This document shows, one piece after another, positions 9,751 through 19,718 of a stretch of 64,000 nt of DNA. The notes under the pieces are model-generated. The model made no database searches. It worked only from the letters and a program-made list of their open reading frames with translations, and had not been told where the DNA came from. The stretch covers positions 2,123,845 to 2,187,844 of the forward strand of contig OY782781.1 in the NCBI GenBank assembly GCA_963678315.1. The letters run 5' to 3'. The position numbers were made by a program, and so were the translations under genes. Numbering within the stretch: the first letter of the stretch is position 1; the number at the start of each line of letters is the position of its first letter. The DNA is from Candidatus Cloacimonadales bacterium (GTDB lineage: Bacteria; Cloacimonadota; Cloacimonadia; Cloacimonadales; JAFGVF01).

Positions 9751-11652
9751 TTAATCAGTTAATAGAAGATACTCATCTTCCAGAATAAGTAGCTTATTAG
9801 TAGCTTTATCAATATCATTATCAAGCTCTTCAATAGTTAGCTTTAGTTCTTTTACAAGTTCATGGTCACTATAAGTAGCAGGGTCAGCAAAAAGCTCTTC
9901 AGCTTCTATTTTCTGATTTTCTAAGTCTTCTAAAAGCTCTTCAGTTTCTTCAATCTCATTCATTAGTTTATCTAAAATATAAGGATTAACTTTTTTCTTT
10001 TTATCTTTTGGCTTATTAGTATTCTTAGGCTCTTCATCTTGATTACTGTTAGTTACTTTATCAGAAGTTAAGAAATCATCAAGTACTTTTGACCAATCTT
10101 CTTTTAGGTCTTTAATCTCTTGATCTTTGAACATCCAAAATTTACTAGCTAATTTAGATATAAAGTTTCTGTCATGAGAAACAAATATAATTGTACCATC
10201 ATAAGACTGTAAGGAATCAATTAAATCATCAACCATTAATATATCTAAGTGATTAGTAGGTTCATCAAGAAGTAAAACATTAGGGTTTTGATGGATGAGC
10301 ACAGCTAGATTGAGTCTTGCTTTCTCTCCCCCACTCATGTACTCAATTGCTTTATCAACCTCATCACCTCTAAAACCATACTTTGCTAAATACTTGAGCA
10401 CATAACCAATTGGTTGACCAGGAGCCATAGCCCATATTGTTTCTTTTGGAGTAGAATTTAAATCTAAAGAACTATGGAACTGATCGAAATACCCAAACTG
10501 GATGTTAGCACCAATTTTACATGTACCAGATAATAACTGTTGTTCTTGCATAAGAATTTTAAGCAAAGTTGTTTTGCCACATCCATTCCTTCCAATTATT
10601 GCTATTCTGTCTTGGTAACCAGCTCTAAGATTAATATTTTCAGCTAATATCTTAGAAGAAAAGCCAATTAAGCCTTTCTCAATAGTATAAACATCATTAC
10701 CTGTTCTTTCAGAAGTAGAAAACTTTAAATTCAATCTTTTATCATGAGAAACATCATCAATAATATCTAATTTCTCTAATTGCTTTAACCTAGATCTTGC
10801 TTGAATAGTCTTTTGAGAACCAATGTTCTTTCTAACAAAGTCCATTGTCTTTTCAATGTGCTTCTGTTGTTGTCTGAATGCTTTTGCTTGTTGTTCTTTC
10901 AACAAAGCAGAAGCTTCTTCATAAAAGCTATAATTTCCAGTAAATGATTTAAGCTGTTTATTATCTATTTCAAAGATTTTATTAACAGTTTTATCTAGAA
11001 AGTACTTATCGTGTGAGATAATAATGTAAGGTTTTCCAAGATTAAGGAGGTATCCTTCTAACCAGCTAATCATGTGTAAATCTAGGTGGTTAGTAGGTTC
11101 ATCGAGTAGCAAGACACTATATTCAGACAATAGTATTTTTGCTAGTTCAATTCTTGTGCGTTCTCCCCCACTAAAGTTATTTATTTTTTGATCCCAGACC
11201 TCTTCTTTGAATCCTAAAGAAGTCAAGATTAGTTTGATAGAAGTCTCATAATCGTAACCACCAATGGTAAAAAACTCTTCTTCGAGCTTTGATAGCAGAT
11301 TCAAATTACTTTCACAAGGATCATTTGCCAATTGTTCTCTAACCTTTTGAAGTTGATCTCTCTTATCAAGAAAATCACTTCTACTTACAACAACAGATTC
11401 GTATAGAGTATCTTCAGGATTAAGTGTGTCAACCTGTTTAAGATATGCTATTTTAGTCTTAGATGCAAAACCAACATTACCTTCTGATGGCTCTATCTCT
11501 TGATTAATAACCTTAAGAAGTGTTGTCTTTCCACAACCGTTTCGACCAATTAATCCAATTCGACTATCTAAATCTAGATTAAAGGAAATCTTGTTGAAGA
11601 GGGTTAATCCTCCAAATGACATTCCGACATTCTGAACTTGTATAAGACTCAA
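9751..11652 (-). CDS. ABC-F family ATPase (translation-associated type, no TM domain)
   Basis: 633 aa. Two ABC cassettes (GRNGCGKTTLLK twice; SGGE signatures; LLLDEPTNHLD twice), an inter-domain linker, and a Lys/Glu-rich C-terminal coiled coil. Confidence 0.9.
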   Translation of the reverse strand: MSLIQVQNVGMSFGGLTLFNKISFNLDLDSRIGLIGRNGCGKTTLLKVINQEIEPSEGNVGFASKTKIAYLKQVDTLNPEDTLYESVVVSRSDFLDKRDQLQKVREQLANDPCESNLNLLSKLEEEFFTIGGYDYETSIKLILTSLGFKEEVWDQKINNFSGGERTRIELAKILLSEYSVLLLDEPTNHLDLHMISWLEGYLLNLGKPYIIISHDKYFLDKTVNKIFEIDNKQLKSFTGNYSFYEEASALLKEQQAKAFRQQQKHIEKTMDFVRKNIGSQKTIQARSRLKQLEKLDIIDDVSHDKRLNLKFSTSERTGNDVYTIEKGLIGFSSKILAENINLRAGYQDRIAIIGRNGCGKTTLLKILMQEQQLLSGTCKIGANIQFGYFDQFHSSLDLNSTPKETIWAMAPGQPIGYVLKYLAKYGFRGDEVDKAIEYMSGGEKARLNLAVLIHQNPNVLLLDEPTNHLDILMVDDLIDSLQSYDGTIIFVSHDRNFISKLASKFWMFKDQEIKDLKEDWSKVLDDFLTSDKVTNSNQDEEPKNTNKPKDKKKKVNPYILDKLMNEIEETEELLEDLENQKIEAEELFADPATYSDHELVKELKLTIEELDNDIDKATNKLLILEDEYLLLTD

Positions 11653-11660
11653 TGATTCTC

Positions 11661-12914
11661 CTAATTCGAGTGAATAAGTTGGCCCTTTTTGTATACGGAT
11701 ACAACATTATTTGAACCAAAGTGATAAGGTAGATATTGGTAAGAAGGCATATCTGTTATTAAGAAATCTGCATATTTACCAACTTCAATAGATCCTACTT
11801 TATGACCAATTCCAATAGCATAAGCAGCATTTATTGTAGAAGCAACTATAGCTTCAGCAGGTGTCATTTTCATCTGTAAGCAAGCTAAAGTAATTACAAA
11901 TTGCATATTATCACAATTGCATGAACCTGGGTTAAAGTCTGTCGCTAATGCTACAGAAACACCAGAATCTATCATTAAACGAGCATCAGCATACTTAGAC
12001 ATACCAAGTGAGAAAATAGTTCCTGGTAGTAAAGTAGCAATAACATCAGAATTAGCTAATGCTTTTATGCCATGTTCTTTAGTCGCGCCTAAATGGTCAG
12101 CTGATGTACAAGCCATTTCTACAGCAAGCTCTGCTCCACCAATTGCTTCAATTTCATCAGCATGAATTTTCAACTTAAATCCATAATCTTTAGCACATTG
12201 CATAACTTCTCTTGACTCTTCAATAGAGTAAACATGGCCTTCAGTAAAGATATCACAATAAGTAGCTAAACCTGATTTAGCAACTTCAGGTATCATTTCA
12301 TTTTTCAAGATATCAATATAAGCACGATGATTATCTTTGTATTCAGTTGGAAACTCATGAGCTCCCATGAAAGTGGAAATAATATGTATTTTATTGTCTT
12401 TATTCAATCTATCAATAACTCTTAATTGTTTTAGCTCAGCTTCAGTTTCTAAACCATAACCAGATTTAGCTTCCAATGAAGTAGTTCCGCAAGAAATCAT
12501 TTTTTCTATTCTTTTTTGAGCTAATTCATATAATGTATCTTCATCAGCATCTTTAGTTGTAGTCAATGTAGATCTGATTCCTCCACCTGCTTGTGAAATT
12601 TCTACATAACTCTTTCCTTGCAATCTCATTTCAAACTCATTCTCACGAGTATGAACGAATATCGGGTGTGTGTGCGGGTCAACAAAACCAGGCATTACAA
12701 CTTTGTCATTAGCGTCAATAATCTCTTCAGCTTGATAGTTATCAAGTATATTATCTGTGGTGTCAACAGCGATTATTACACCATCATTTATAGCAAAACC
12801 ACCATCTTCAATAATATGAAGATTGCCCATCTCACTTCCTTTTCTAGCCCTAGCTTCACCTTTCATAGTTAAAAGTTGGTTGGCATTTATAACTATAGTC
12901 TCGACCTTTTGCAT
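11661..12914 (-). CDS. hutI: Imidazolonepropionase (amidohydrolase superfamily)
   Basis: 417 aa. PGFVDPHTHP metal site, KSGYGL and KIHADE segments typical of HutI. No hutH or hutU in the window. Confidence 0.8.
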   Translation of the reverse strand: MQKVETIVINANQLLTMKGEARARKGSEMGNLHIIEDGGFAINDGVIIAVDTTDNILDNYQAEEIIDANDKVVMPGFVDPHTHPIFVHTRENEFEMRLQGKSYVEISQAGGGIRSTLTTTKDADEDTLYELAQKRIEKMISCGTTSLEAKSGYGLETEAELKQLRVIDRLNKDNKIHIISTFMGAHEFPTEYKDNHRAYIDILKNEMIPEVAKSGLATYCDIFTEGHVYSIEESREVMQCAKDYGFKLKIHADEIEAIGGAELAVEMACTSADHLGATKEHGIKALANSDVIATLLPGTIFSLGMSKYADARLMIDSGVSVALATDFNPGSCNCDNMQFVITLACLQMKMTPAEAIVASTINAAYAIGIGHKVGSIEVGKYADFLITDMPSYQYLPYHFGSNNVVSVYKKGQLIHSN

Positions 12915-12922
12915 TAGTTCTC

Positions 12923-13891
12923 CTAAATTAGCATTTCCATAAAACTTTCGATTCTAAGCTTAGTTCTTTCATCTAATGCTCCAGGTTTATCACCCTCAAT
13001 CAAAAGTATTGGTTGCTTTATGTATTTTCTTAAAATTATATTATCTATTTGTCTGTGACAGAATGATTGAGTGTAGCTTATCACAGCATCTATCTGCCTA
13101 TTCTCAAGCTCTTTCTGAATATCTTGAAGCCTAAAGTTGATATCATAGGGATAGGTAAAATCAAGATATTGATCTATGATGTTTTCATGTAAGTATGGCA
13201 TAGAAAACTGTCTTTGTACTTCATTAAAGACTACTCTTCCGCCTAATTCTTCTAATAAGGAATAGATATCAGTATTTATTGGTGGTACACCTAGAAAGGC
13301 TAATCTAACATCATCTTTGCGAGCTTTTCTTTCTTTTACTTCTGATATAAACTTATCTAATTCTTCATCATATTTTCTGTAGTCTGAATTAAAGTCAGAA
13401 GATGAAACTAACCATAAATGATTCTCAAAACCTGATACTTTATTATCTTGGTAGGTTAATTTATCAAGAGTGACTAACTTTTCCCTTATCTTATCCAAGT
13501 CTCGTTTTACATTATTTACTTCATTCATAGTAACATTGTAGTATGAAGCAAAACGATTAATTTCTTTTTCTAGCTCTTCCCTATTTCTTGAATATGGGAA
13601 TGAAAATGAGTTTATTTTAAGCCCATTATCACTAAGAACAGACATCAATGAATGAGTGTTAGAACAGTCTCCCTGAACAACTCCAATTAACTCATCAATA
13701 TGAGTTTCAATAGCTGTAGTATATAAACCTTTAATCCATGCACAAATATTGCGTGGGAATCCATAATTCTCAGCTTCTGAAACTAATCTTTTTGAATCAC
13801 CTGTAACAAAAATATTGTTAAGATCTATGGGAATGTGCCCACTAGCAAATATCACTTCAATTGGAAGTGACGTTGTCATACCTATTTTCAT
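12923..13891 (-). CDS. 2-hydroxyacyl-CoA dehydratase family (HGD-D-like) protein
   Basis: 322 aa. N-terminal SLPIEVIFASGHIPIDL and NICAWIKG, GDCSNTHS Cys-containing segments resemble the HgdB/BcrB-type D-component. No activator or partner subunit is adjacent. Confidence 0.5.
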   Translation of the reverse strand: MKIGMTTSLPIEVIFASGHIPIDLNNIFVTGDSKRLVSEAENYGFPRNICAWIKGLYTTAIETHIDELIGVVQGDCSNTHSLMSVLSDNGLKINSFSFPYSRNREELEKEINRFASYYNVTMNEVNNVKRDLDKIREKLVTLDKLTYQDNKVSGFENHLWLVSSSDFNSDYRKYDEELDKFISEVKERKARKDDVRLAFLGVPPINTDIYSLLEELGGRVVFNEVQRQFSMPYLHENIIDQYLDFTYPYDINFRLQDIQKELENRQIDAVISYTQSFCHRQIDNIILRKYIKQPILLIEGDKPGALDERTKLRIESFMEMLI

Positions 13892-13959
13892 TTAATTTCT
13901 TCTACCTAAATATTTATACTATATTACACTACAAATTCTACACAACTAATGAAACAAAG

Positions 13960-14310
13960 CTATTCAGTTTCTTCAACCTTTACTTCATTTTCATCGGTAT
14001 TATCTTGTTCAACCTTATCACATTCATTGTCTATTTTAACATCTTCTTTAGCTGTACTTTCTTCATTAGCTTTGTCACTTGCCTTTTTGGGAGCTGAATT
14101 GTTATAAGATTGATCAACTTTGAAAGAATCTTTAATTACATTTGATGCTCCGAATAGAGCTTTAAATAGAATGTATATCAAAAGACTTTGCTTATATGTA
14201 ATCTTCTTTAATCCAAAAATATCAGGACAGACATTGTTCCAAACCAATTTCAAGAGTCCAGTCACTGCAAATAAGAAACCTGCTCCTTCTAATCTAATCT
14301 CATTTTTCAT
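13960..14310 (-). CDS. Small hypothetical protein (hydrophobic N-half, acidic tail)
   Basis: 116 aa. RBS AAGGAG 8 nt upstream of the ATG. The competing plus-strand ORFs lack an RBS and are low-complexity. Confidence 0.55.
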   Translation of the reverse strand: MKNEIRLEGAGFLFAVTGLLKLVWNNVCPDIFGLKKITYKQSLLIYILFKALFGASNVIKDSFKVDQSYNNSAPKKASDKANEESTAKEDVKIDNECDKVEQDNTDENEVKVEETE

Positions 14311-14454
14311 TTCAATTACTCCTTTATCTAATTTATGCCATTAAAACAACTATAAATATGTTGGCAACAATTTTCTTATTATAGAATAGCAACTGACTTC
14401 GTCATTACTTGCCTCATTGAAAAAAAGCCACTTTTTCAAGGGGGCAAGTAAGGA

Positions 14455-14600
14455 TGTAGTAGTGAGGAATTAGTAGTGGTGGAGTGTAAGCATCCAAAGG
14501 TCCAATAGCAAGCAAGATGCTTGCGCACAATATAATGATGGAGTGTAAGCATCCACCGATAGGTTGAACAAAGTTCATGCTTACGCAAAGACCATGCTTT
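14455..14600. repeat. Solo, rearranged member of the 134-bp structured repeat family (see 28692-29612)
   Basis: Contains GGAGTGTAAGCATCCA twice. Also has hairpin GCAAGCA-aga-TGCTTGC and hairpin GTAAGCAT-N24-ATGCTTAC with the loop core TAGGTTGAAC. These are the same modules as the tandem units, in a different order. Confidence 0.75.
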
Positions 14601-14875
14601 ATCCAGTAAGGACATTTTAGTCCCGAAGGAACGATATAGATTTTATCTCCGCTCATAAAAATAGAACACTGTTTAGACAGATGAAATGAGTTAGGAGTGA
14701 AGTTAGCAGTGATGAAGTAAACAAAAAGTTATAATTTCTCTGCAAAAATAGATGATTGAGATATTTTAATTGACAGTCTTACTCCTGCCTTCTATTATAG
14801 ATAATACGTAATAAAATATACTATATGAGTTAGAAGTTAGCTAATTTATACTTATAAATAAGAGGAGAATTATTA

Positions 14876-16360
14876 ATGAGCATCAAAAAACTATTGATTT
14901 TTGTAGGACTGATTTTACTTTTAGTAGGGTGTAGTACTAATAAAGTTTCCAACAATCAAAAGATTGAAGAGCCACAAGATGAAAATTTGGAATACTATCT
15001 TTCCATTGCACCTGTATTGGAAGAAATATATAGTGAAGAATTTAATTTTAATTATAAAATGGCTGTACAATATATTATTGTAGAGCCTGATTTAGATAAA
15101 GGAGCTGAATTTATTGATAGAGCTCTTGAATTATATCCTGAACACTTTGGATTGTATATATTATTAGGTAAATTCTACGAAAACTTAGGTGTGCTAGAAT
15201 ATTCTTTTGATTCATATCAGGAAGCATTAAAAATGGCTCCAGATAATACAGAAGAAAAATACTTAAAAGATATTATGTTCAATATGATACTTGTTTCTAG
15301 TGACTTGGATAACCTCTGGAGAACTAAATATTTATTAGGAGAGGCTACAAAATACAAAAATTTCTTCGAAGAATATCCCTTTCTATATATATTGAAAGCA
15401 AAGAACGAATATTACTTTAATGAAGCTGATACTGCCCTGGCTACTTTAGATGAGTTTACTGAAAACAATGAAATTAATCAAGGTGCTTCATATCTTTTAG
15501 CGAAAATTTGGCAAAGCAAGGGTGATTATGTCAAAGCTCTGTTCTTCATAGATAAACATATTGAATTCTATCCTGTTGTTGACTCCTATGTTATTAGAGC
15601 AAATATACTACATGATAAACAGGATTATGAAGCATATATGAATCAATTACATCAAATTTATGAAATGGATGCAACTAATGCCTATGCTCTATACCATTTA
15701 GCTGAAGAATCTTATTATCAAAATGACTTTGAGAATAGTCATAAATACTTTACTGAGTTAATAGCTGTACCAGAAATTGATGACGCATACTTCAATTTCA
15801 GGATTGCTCAATCAAACAGACATTTGCAAAATTTAGAAAAAGCTGAGGAATATATTATACTAGCAGACTCTCTTTATCAGGAGTATGAAAGTAATTTCAA
15901 TGATATTGGTTTCAATTCCTATGATATACAAGTTGAGTATGCAGAACAAGAGTATATAAAAAGTCAATTTACTGAGGCGCAAAAGCATATCCAACCAGTA
16001 ATTGATTATTATCTTAATTTAGATACAGAAGAAATTGTTGATCATTACTCTAACATTGGATGGTATTACTTACTTGCTAGTGAATATGATAAATGTATCG
16101 AGTACAGTGCTTTAGGTTTAAAATATGAACCTAAAAGTAAGAATGCACTAACTAATACTGGCTTATCATATCTTCATAAAGGTGATTTATTAGAAGCAGA
16201 GAAATGGTATTCTAAAGCTATTAGTCTTTATCCAGATATTAGGAGTGACAAGATCATTATCAATGAGTTGTTAGTTGCTGCACATCATACAGGCAACAAG
16301 AAGATTATTGAGGAATTCTTACCTAAATTCTTTGACCCATATGCAAAATCAGAAGAATAG
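14876..16360 (+). CDS. TPR-repeat lipoprotein
   Basis: 494 aa. Signal peptide with lipobox LLVGC. Repeated TPR-like 34-aa helical pairs (e.g. AEFIDRALELYPEH, YQEALKMAPDN, WYSKAISLYPD). Confidence 0.75.
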   Translation: MSIKKLLIFVGLILLLVGCSTNKVSNNQKIEEPQDENLEYYLSIAPVLEEIYSEEFNFNYKMAVQYIIVEPDLDKGAEFIDRALELYPEHFGLYILLGKFYENLGVLEYSFDSYQEALKMAPDNTEEKYLKDIMFNMILVSSDLDNLWRTKYLLGEATKYKNFFEEYPFLYILKAKNEYYFNEADTALATLDEFTENNEINQGASYLLAKIWQSKGDYVKALFFIDKHIEFYPVVDSYVIRANILHDKQDYEAYMNQLHQIYEMDATNAYALYHLAEESYYQNDFENSHKYFTELIAVPEIDDAYFNFRIAQSNRHLQNLEKAEEYIILADSLYQEYESNFNDIGFNSYDIQVEYAEQEYIKSQFTEAQKHIQPVIDYYLNLDTEEIVDHYSNIGWYYLLASEYDKCIEYSALGLKYEPKSKNALTNTGLSYLHKGDLLEAEKWYSKAISLYPDIRSDKIIINELLVAAHHTGNKKIIEEFLPKFFDPYAKSEE

Positions 16361-16506
16361 CTGAAATTTTAATAATCAATATTATTACTTAATCCAATTT
16401 TGTAATGATAAAATTATACATATTAGCTTGAAAAATGAATTGACATCTTTAATCAAATCAAGAATTTGTGAATAAAAATATAAAATATAATAATTAAGGA
16501 GTTAAT

Positions 16507-17754
16507 ATGCCTATATTTAGACCATTTAAAGCTGTTAGACCAGTAGCAGAAAAAGCTAAAGCAATAGCTTCATTACCTTATGATGTGATGGACTCAAACG
16601 AAGCAAGAGAAGAACTTGCAAGAAATCCTCTTAGCTTCATCAAAGTTGAAAAAGCTGAAGTTACATTACCTGAGGGTACAGACCTTTACAGTGAAGCTGT
16701 ATATAACAAAGCTAAAGAAAATTTATATACTTATCTAAAAGATGGTGACATGATTCAAGACGAAAAAGCTGCATTTTATGTGTATCGTCAAATCATGGAT
16801 GGAAGAGTTCAAATTGGTTTAGTTGGTTGTACTGCAACAGAAGACTACATGAACAACTTAATCAAAAAGCATGAGCTTACTAGAGCTGCTAAAGAAGCTG
16901 ATAGAATCAAACATGTTGATACATGTGATGCTCACTCTTCACCTGTATTCTTTACTTATAGACATAGAGAAGATATCGATGCTATAGTTAATAAAGTAAT
17001 TGCTGGCACTCCAGAATATGACTTTGTATCAGATGATGGTATTGCTCATACTTTATGGTTACTTAATGAAGATGCTGATATCGAAGCTATTTCTGCAGCT
17101 TTCAACGATATGAACTACTTATATGTTGCTGATGGTCATCATAGAACTGCTTCTGCTGCAAAAGTAGGTCTTCTTAGAAAAGAAGCAAATCCTAACCACA
17201 CTGGCGAAGAAGAATATAACTTCTTTATGACTGTTATCTTCCCTGATAACCAATTATATATCATGGACTATAACCGTGTAGTTAAAGATTTAAATGGTCA
17301 CTCAACAGAAGAATTCTTCAATTTAATCCAAGAAAAATTTGATTGTGTTGAATTTGATGGTCAAGGTGCGTATTCACCAGAAGCAAGACATGACTTTGGT
17401 ATGTATATCAACAAAAAATGGTATAAGTTAACTGCTAAAGAAGGAACATTCGATCCAGAATCACCAACAAAATCTTTAGACGTTTCTATTCTTCAAGAAA
17501 ACTTATTACACCCTATTCTTGCTATCGGTGATCCAAGAACTGATGAAAGAATTGACTTTATTGGTGGAATCAGAGGTTTATCTGAATTAGAAAAAAGAGT
17601 TGATTCAGGTAGAGAAGTTGTTGCATTTGCTATGTTCCCAACTTCAATTGAAGAGTTAATGAACATTGCTGATGCAGGAGAAATTATGCCTCCAAAATCA
17701 ACATGGTTTGAACCTAAATTACGTTCAGGTATGTTTATTCACTTATTAAAATAA
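16507..17754 (+). CDS. DUF1015 family protein
   Basis: 415 aa. N-terminal PFKAVRP and internal YVADGHHRTASA motif characteristic of DUF1015. RBS AAGGAG. Confidence 0.8.
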   Translation: MPIFRPFKAVRPVAEKAKAIASLPYDVMDSNEAREELARNPLSFIKVEKAEVTLPEGTDLYSEAVYNKAKENLYTYLKDGDMIQDEKAAFYVYRQIMDGRVQIGLVGCTATEDYMNNLIKKHELTRAAKEADRIKHVDTCDAHSSPVFFTYRHREDIDAIVNKVIAGTPEYDFVSDDGIAHTLWLLNEDADIEAISAAFNDMNYLYVADGHHRTASAAKVGLLRKEANPNHTGEEEYNFFMTVIFPDNQLYIMDYNRVVKDLNGHSTEEFFNLIQEKFDCVEFDGQGAYSPEARHDFGMYINKKWYKLTAKEGTFDPESPTKSLDVSILQENLLHPILAIGDPRTDERIDFIGGIRGLSELEKRVDSGREVVAFAMFPTSIEELMNIADAGEIMPPKSTWFEPKLRSGMFIHLLK

Positions 17755-17779
17755 GACTAATATTAAAGTTAAATAAAAG

Positions 17780-17807
17780 AAAGGCTAGTGAATTATCGCT
17801 AGCCTTT
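17780..17807. terminator. Bidirectional terminator hairpin between convergent genes
   Basis: 9-bp stem AAAGGCTAG / CTAGCCTTT with a 10-nt loop. T-rich on the minus-strand side (CTTTTATTT). Sits between the DUF1015 stop and the aminotransferase stop. Confidence 0.65.
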
Positions 17808-17829
17808 AATATATATATAAGGTATAATA

Positions 17830-18900
17830 TTACAGTTCTTTAACGATTATATATAAAGCTCTTTTTAAGTCTTGGTATTCACAAGAATAAGAAATCCTAA
17901 TATAATTAGTCAATCTTTGAGAAAAAGCGACACCTGGAATAACAATTACACCTTTAGTTAACAATTTTTCTGCAAAAAGGTATCCATCTTCACCTATGTT
18001 AATAAAAAGATAAGGAGCACTTGCTGCTTCATAGGATAATCTATTAATTAGCATTTCACTTACTAGCTTAAAGTTAAGTCTAAGCTTAACCCTAAGTTCT
18101 CTTTGGTAAAGTTTACTTTCGCTGTTAAAAGCTTCTTCAATCAATCTTTGCCCTATATAATTTGCACAGGTTGATATGTATTGATGGGATACTGTTATCT
18201 TTTCTGCTAAATCTTGTGGAGCAATTACCCAGCCAATACGCCAACCAGTCATACAGTGTGATTTAGATAAACCTGAAATTACAATGTGCTTATCGGTAAA
18301 ATCTAAGACAGAATATGGATATTCCTTTAAATACAAGTCTCTATATATTTCATCAGAAATAATATAAATATTATTATCATGAGCTAAATCAATAAGCTTC
18401 TTCATAGATTCTTTGTTAATGATTGTACCTGTAGGATTATTAGGGTTATTAATAATTATTGCTTTAGTGTTAGGAGTAATCTTATCCCTTATTCGTTTAA
18501 CATCTATGTCATAATCTCTAAATTCATTCAAACTGTATACTACAGGGCTTGCCCCAAACATCTTGATAATAGACTCGTAAGCAGAAAAACCTGGGTCAGG
18601 TATTAATATCTCATCACCACTGCTGAGTAAAGTCTGCAAGCTTGCATAAAGAGCTTCTTCTGCCCCATTGGTTATAACAACTTGTTCAGCTTTAACATTA
18701 TCGTATTGATTAGCTATTGCACTCCTTGAATTATACAAACCTGCATTTGGAGTGTATTGGATCTTTTCTTCTAAGAGAACTTTAAGAGCTAAAGAATTAA
18801 GATTCTCAGGCATATCATAAGGAAGTTGCCCAAGTCCTAAGTTGATAGCATCCTTAGGAGCTTTATCAAAGATTTCTCGAATAACAGATTTCTTAACCAT
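17830..18900 (-). CDS. Class I/II PLP-dependent aminotransferase (possibly the DAP-pathway aminotransferase)
   Basis: 356 aa. PLP-lysine motif SGLSKSHCMTGWRIGW. Lies immediately downstream of dapD (2-nt gap). Confidence 0.75.
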   Translation of the reverse strand: MVKKSVIREIFDKAPKDAINLGLGQLPYDMPENLNSLALKVLLEEKIQYTPNAGLYNSRSAIANQYDNVKAEQVVITNGAEEALYASLQTLLSSGDEILIPDPGFSAYESIIKMFGASPVVYSLNEFRDYDIDVKRIRDKITPNTKAIIINNPNNPTGTIINKESMKKLIDLAHDNNIYIISDEIYRDLYLKEYPYSVLDFTDKHIVISGLSKSHCMTGWRIGWVIAPQDLAEKITVSHQYISTCANYIGQRLIEEAFNSESKLYQRELRVKLRLNFKLVSEMLINRLSYEAASAPYLFINIGEDGYLFAEKLLTKGVIVIPGVAFSQRLTNYIRISYSCEYQDLKRALYIIVKEL

Positions 18901-18902
18901 AA

Positions 18903-19718
18903 CTACCTCAATAAGGATTCTAATTCTACTGATGCGGAGCTAGAAGCATCACGGTACTTAATGATTATTGGACAATATATTTGAAATTGAGGATTTGATT
19001 TTAAAGGTCTAGAACCAGGAACAACAACTGCATTTTCTGGAACAATAGGAGCACCTTCAGTTTTTAAGAACTCATCTATTGTAGCGTCATAGATAGGAGT
19101 TCCATTAGTTATAATAGTTCCTGGGGCAATTATAGCACCGGATTTGACTAAAACACCTTCGTAGATACCAGTATTTCCGCCGATAAAAGCATTATCTTCG
19201 ATTATTACAGGAGCAGCATTAATTGGTTCAATAACCCCACCAATCATAGCTCCAGCTGATAGATGTACATTCTTGCCTATCTGAGCACAAGAACCAACTA
19301 AGGCATGAGAGTCAACCATGGTTCCTTGATCAACATAAGCTCCAACATTGATATACATTGGAGGCATCATAGTAACACCTTTAGCAACATAGCAACCTGT
19401 TCTAACTGAAGAGCCTCCGGGAACCATACGTATTCCTTGATCAGCAGTAAAAGTTCTTTCAGGATAAGTATTCTTGTCTGTGAAATTCTTATTAGTATAA
19501 GCTGGGACATCTACAATTTCACCCAATTTGAAACCTAGAAGAATTCCTTTTTTTACCCACTCATTAACAACCCATTCACCATTAACCTTTTCAGCAGAAC
19601 GAATCTCTCCGCTATTAAGTTTGCTTATAAATTCAGCAAATGTATCTAACGCTTGATCTTTGTTATAATCTGTTTTAGAAAAATACTCTAATATTCTTTC
19701 TTTAAGCATTTTAAACAC
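18903..19718 (-). CDS. dapD: 2,3,4,5-tetrahydropyridine-2,6-dicarboxylate N-succinyltransferase
   Basis: 271 aa. Left-handed beta-helix hexapeptide repeats ([40 protein letters not shown]...) and a DapD-type N-terminal domain. Confidence 0.85.
   Translation of the reverse strand: MFKMLKERILEYFSKTDYNKDQALDTFAEFISKLNSGEIRSAEKVNGEWVVNEWVKKGILLGFKLGEIVDVPAYTNKNFTDKNTYPERTFTADQGIRMVPGGSSVRTGCYVAKGVTMMPPMYINVGAYVDQGTMVDSHALVGSCAQIGKNVHLSAGAMIGGVIEPINAAPVIIEDNAFIGGNTGIYEGVLVKSGAIIAPGTIITNGTPIYDATIDEFLKTEGAPIVPENAVVVPGSRPLKSNPQFQIYCPIIIKYRDASSSASVELESLLR

Noticed and set aside
11661-13891. A histidine-utilisation (hut) operon.
   Set aside because: Only hutI is recognisable. Its neighbours are an ABC-F ATPase and an HGD-D-like protein, and no hutH, hutU or hutG is in the window.
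13861-14344. Plus-strand ORFs 13861-14097 and 14120-14344.
   Set aside because: They are Phe/Ile/Leu-rich low-complexity translations antisense to the 116-aa minus-strand ORF, which has a proper AAGGAG RBS.
14414-14656. 80-aa minus-strand ORF over the solo repeat element.
   Set aside because: It overlaps the hairpin-rich repeat-family element, has no RBS and is Cys/His/Pro-rich like the array artefacts.
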